Shown in pieces: positions 24,030 through 24,159 of a DNA stretch of 24,159 bases. Origin of the DNA: a virus (Duplodnaviria > Caudoviricetes); IMG/VR virus record IMGVR_UViG_3300033475_000135, positions 1-24,159 of that record; one strand, written 5' to 3'. The notes under the pieces were generated by a model that saw only the letters and a program-made list of their open reading frames with translations, ran no database searches and was not told the DNA's origin. The first letter of the stretch is position 1. Every line of letters starts with the position of its first letter. A program made the translations under genes and the position numbers.

Positions 24030-24159
24030 AAAAAGTGTTTTTGTGTAGACGCGGGGCACTATCGCACCGCTAGATTTAAGGGGGGGAGGTGTTGTGACTG
24101 GGTAACCAATATCTATTACATATAGGAAAATGGGTATAGAAATAGTGGGCAACCTGTTA

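Noticed and set aside
1-24159. Stop-codon reassignment (TAG or TGA), as in some crAss-like phages
   Set aside because: Long genes are uninterrupted in the standard code, TAG and TGA end well-packed genes, and no suppressor anticodon (CTA/TCA) tRNA is present in the window.

Overview
This is a 24 kb segment of a dsDNA bacteriophage, most likely a crAss-like (Crassvirales-related) phage of a Bacteroidota host. Every credible gene lies on the minus strand and the standard genetic code applies. In transcription order (right to left) there are four blocks. (1) About 15.5-24 kb: small, membrane, secreted and lipoprotein genes separated by terminators and structured intergenic segments. This block holds three non-canonical tRNA-like genes: two with A in place of U33 (one also has an 8-nt anticodon loop) and one 87-nt RNA resembling a stand-alone tmRNA tRNA-like domain. 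(2) An SPFH gene, a DUF922-like gene and a nucleotide/NAD cluster, in which a Prs-like and a Nampt-like gene (the NARP1 Adps/Namat NAD-reconstitution architecture) bracket vWA, unknown, HAD and nucleoside-deoxyribosyltransferase-like genes. (3) HNH and NinB-like genes. (4) A replication module: family B polymerase, SF2 helicase, initiator-like protein, DnaB-like helicase, GGCT and a partial AAA/Sak4-like ATPase. Two Bacteroidota-type promoters were found in block 4. All calls come from reading motifs by eye; no searches or folding programs were run.
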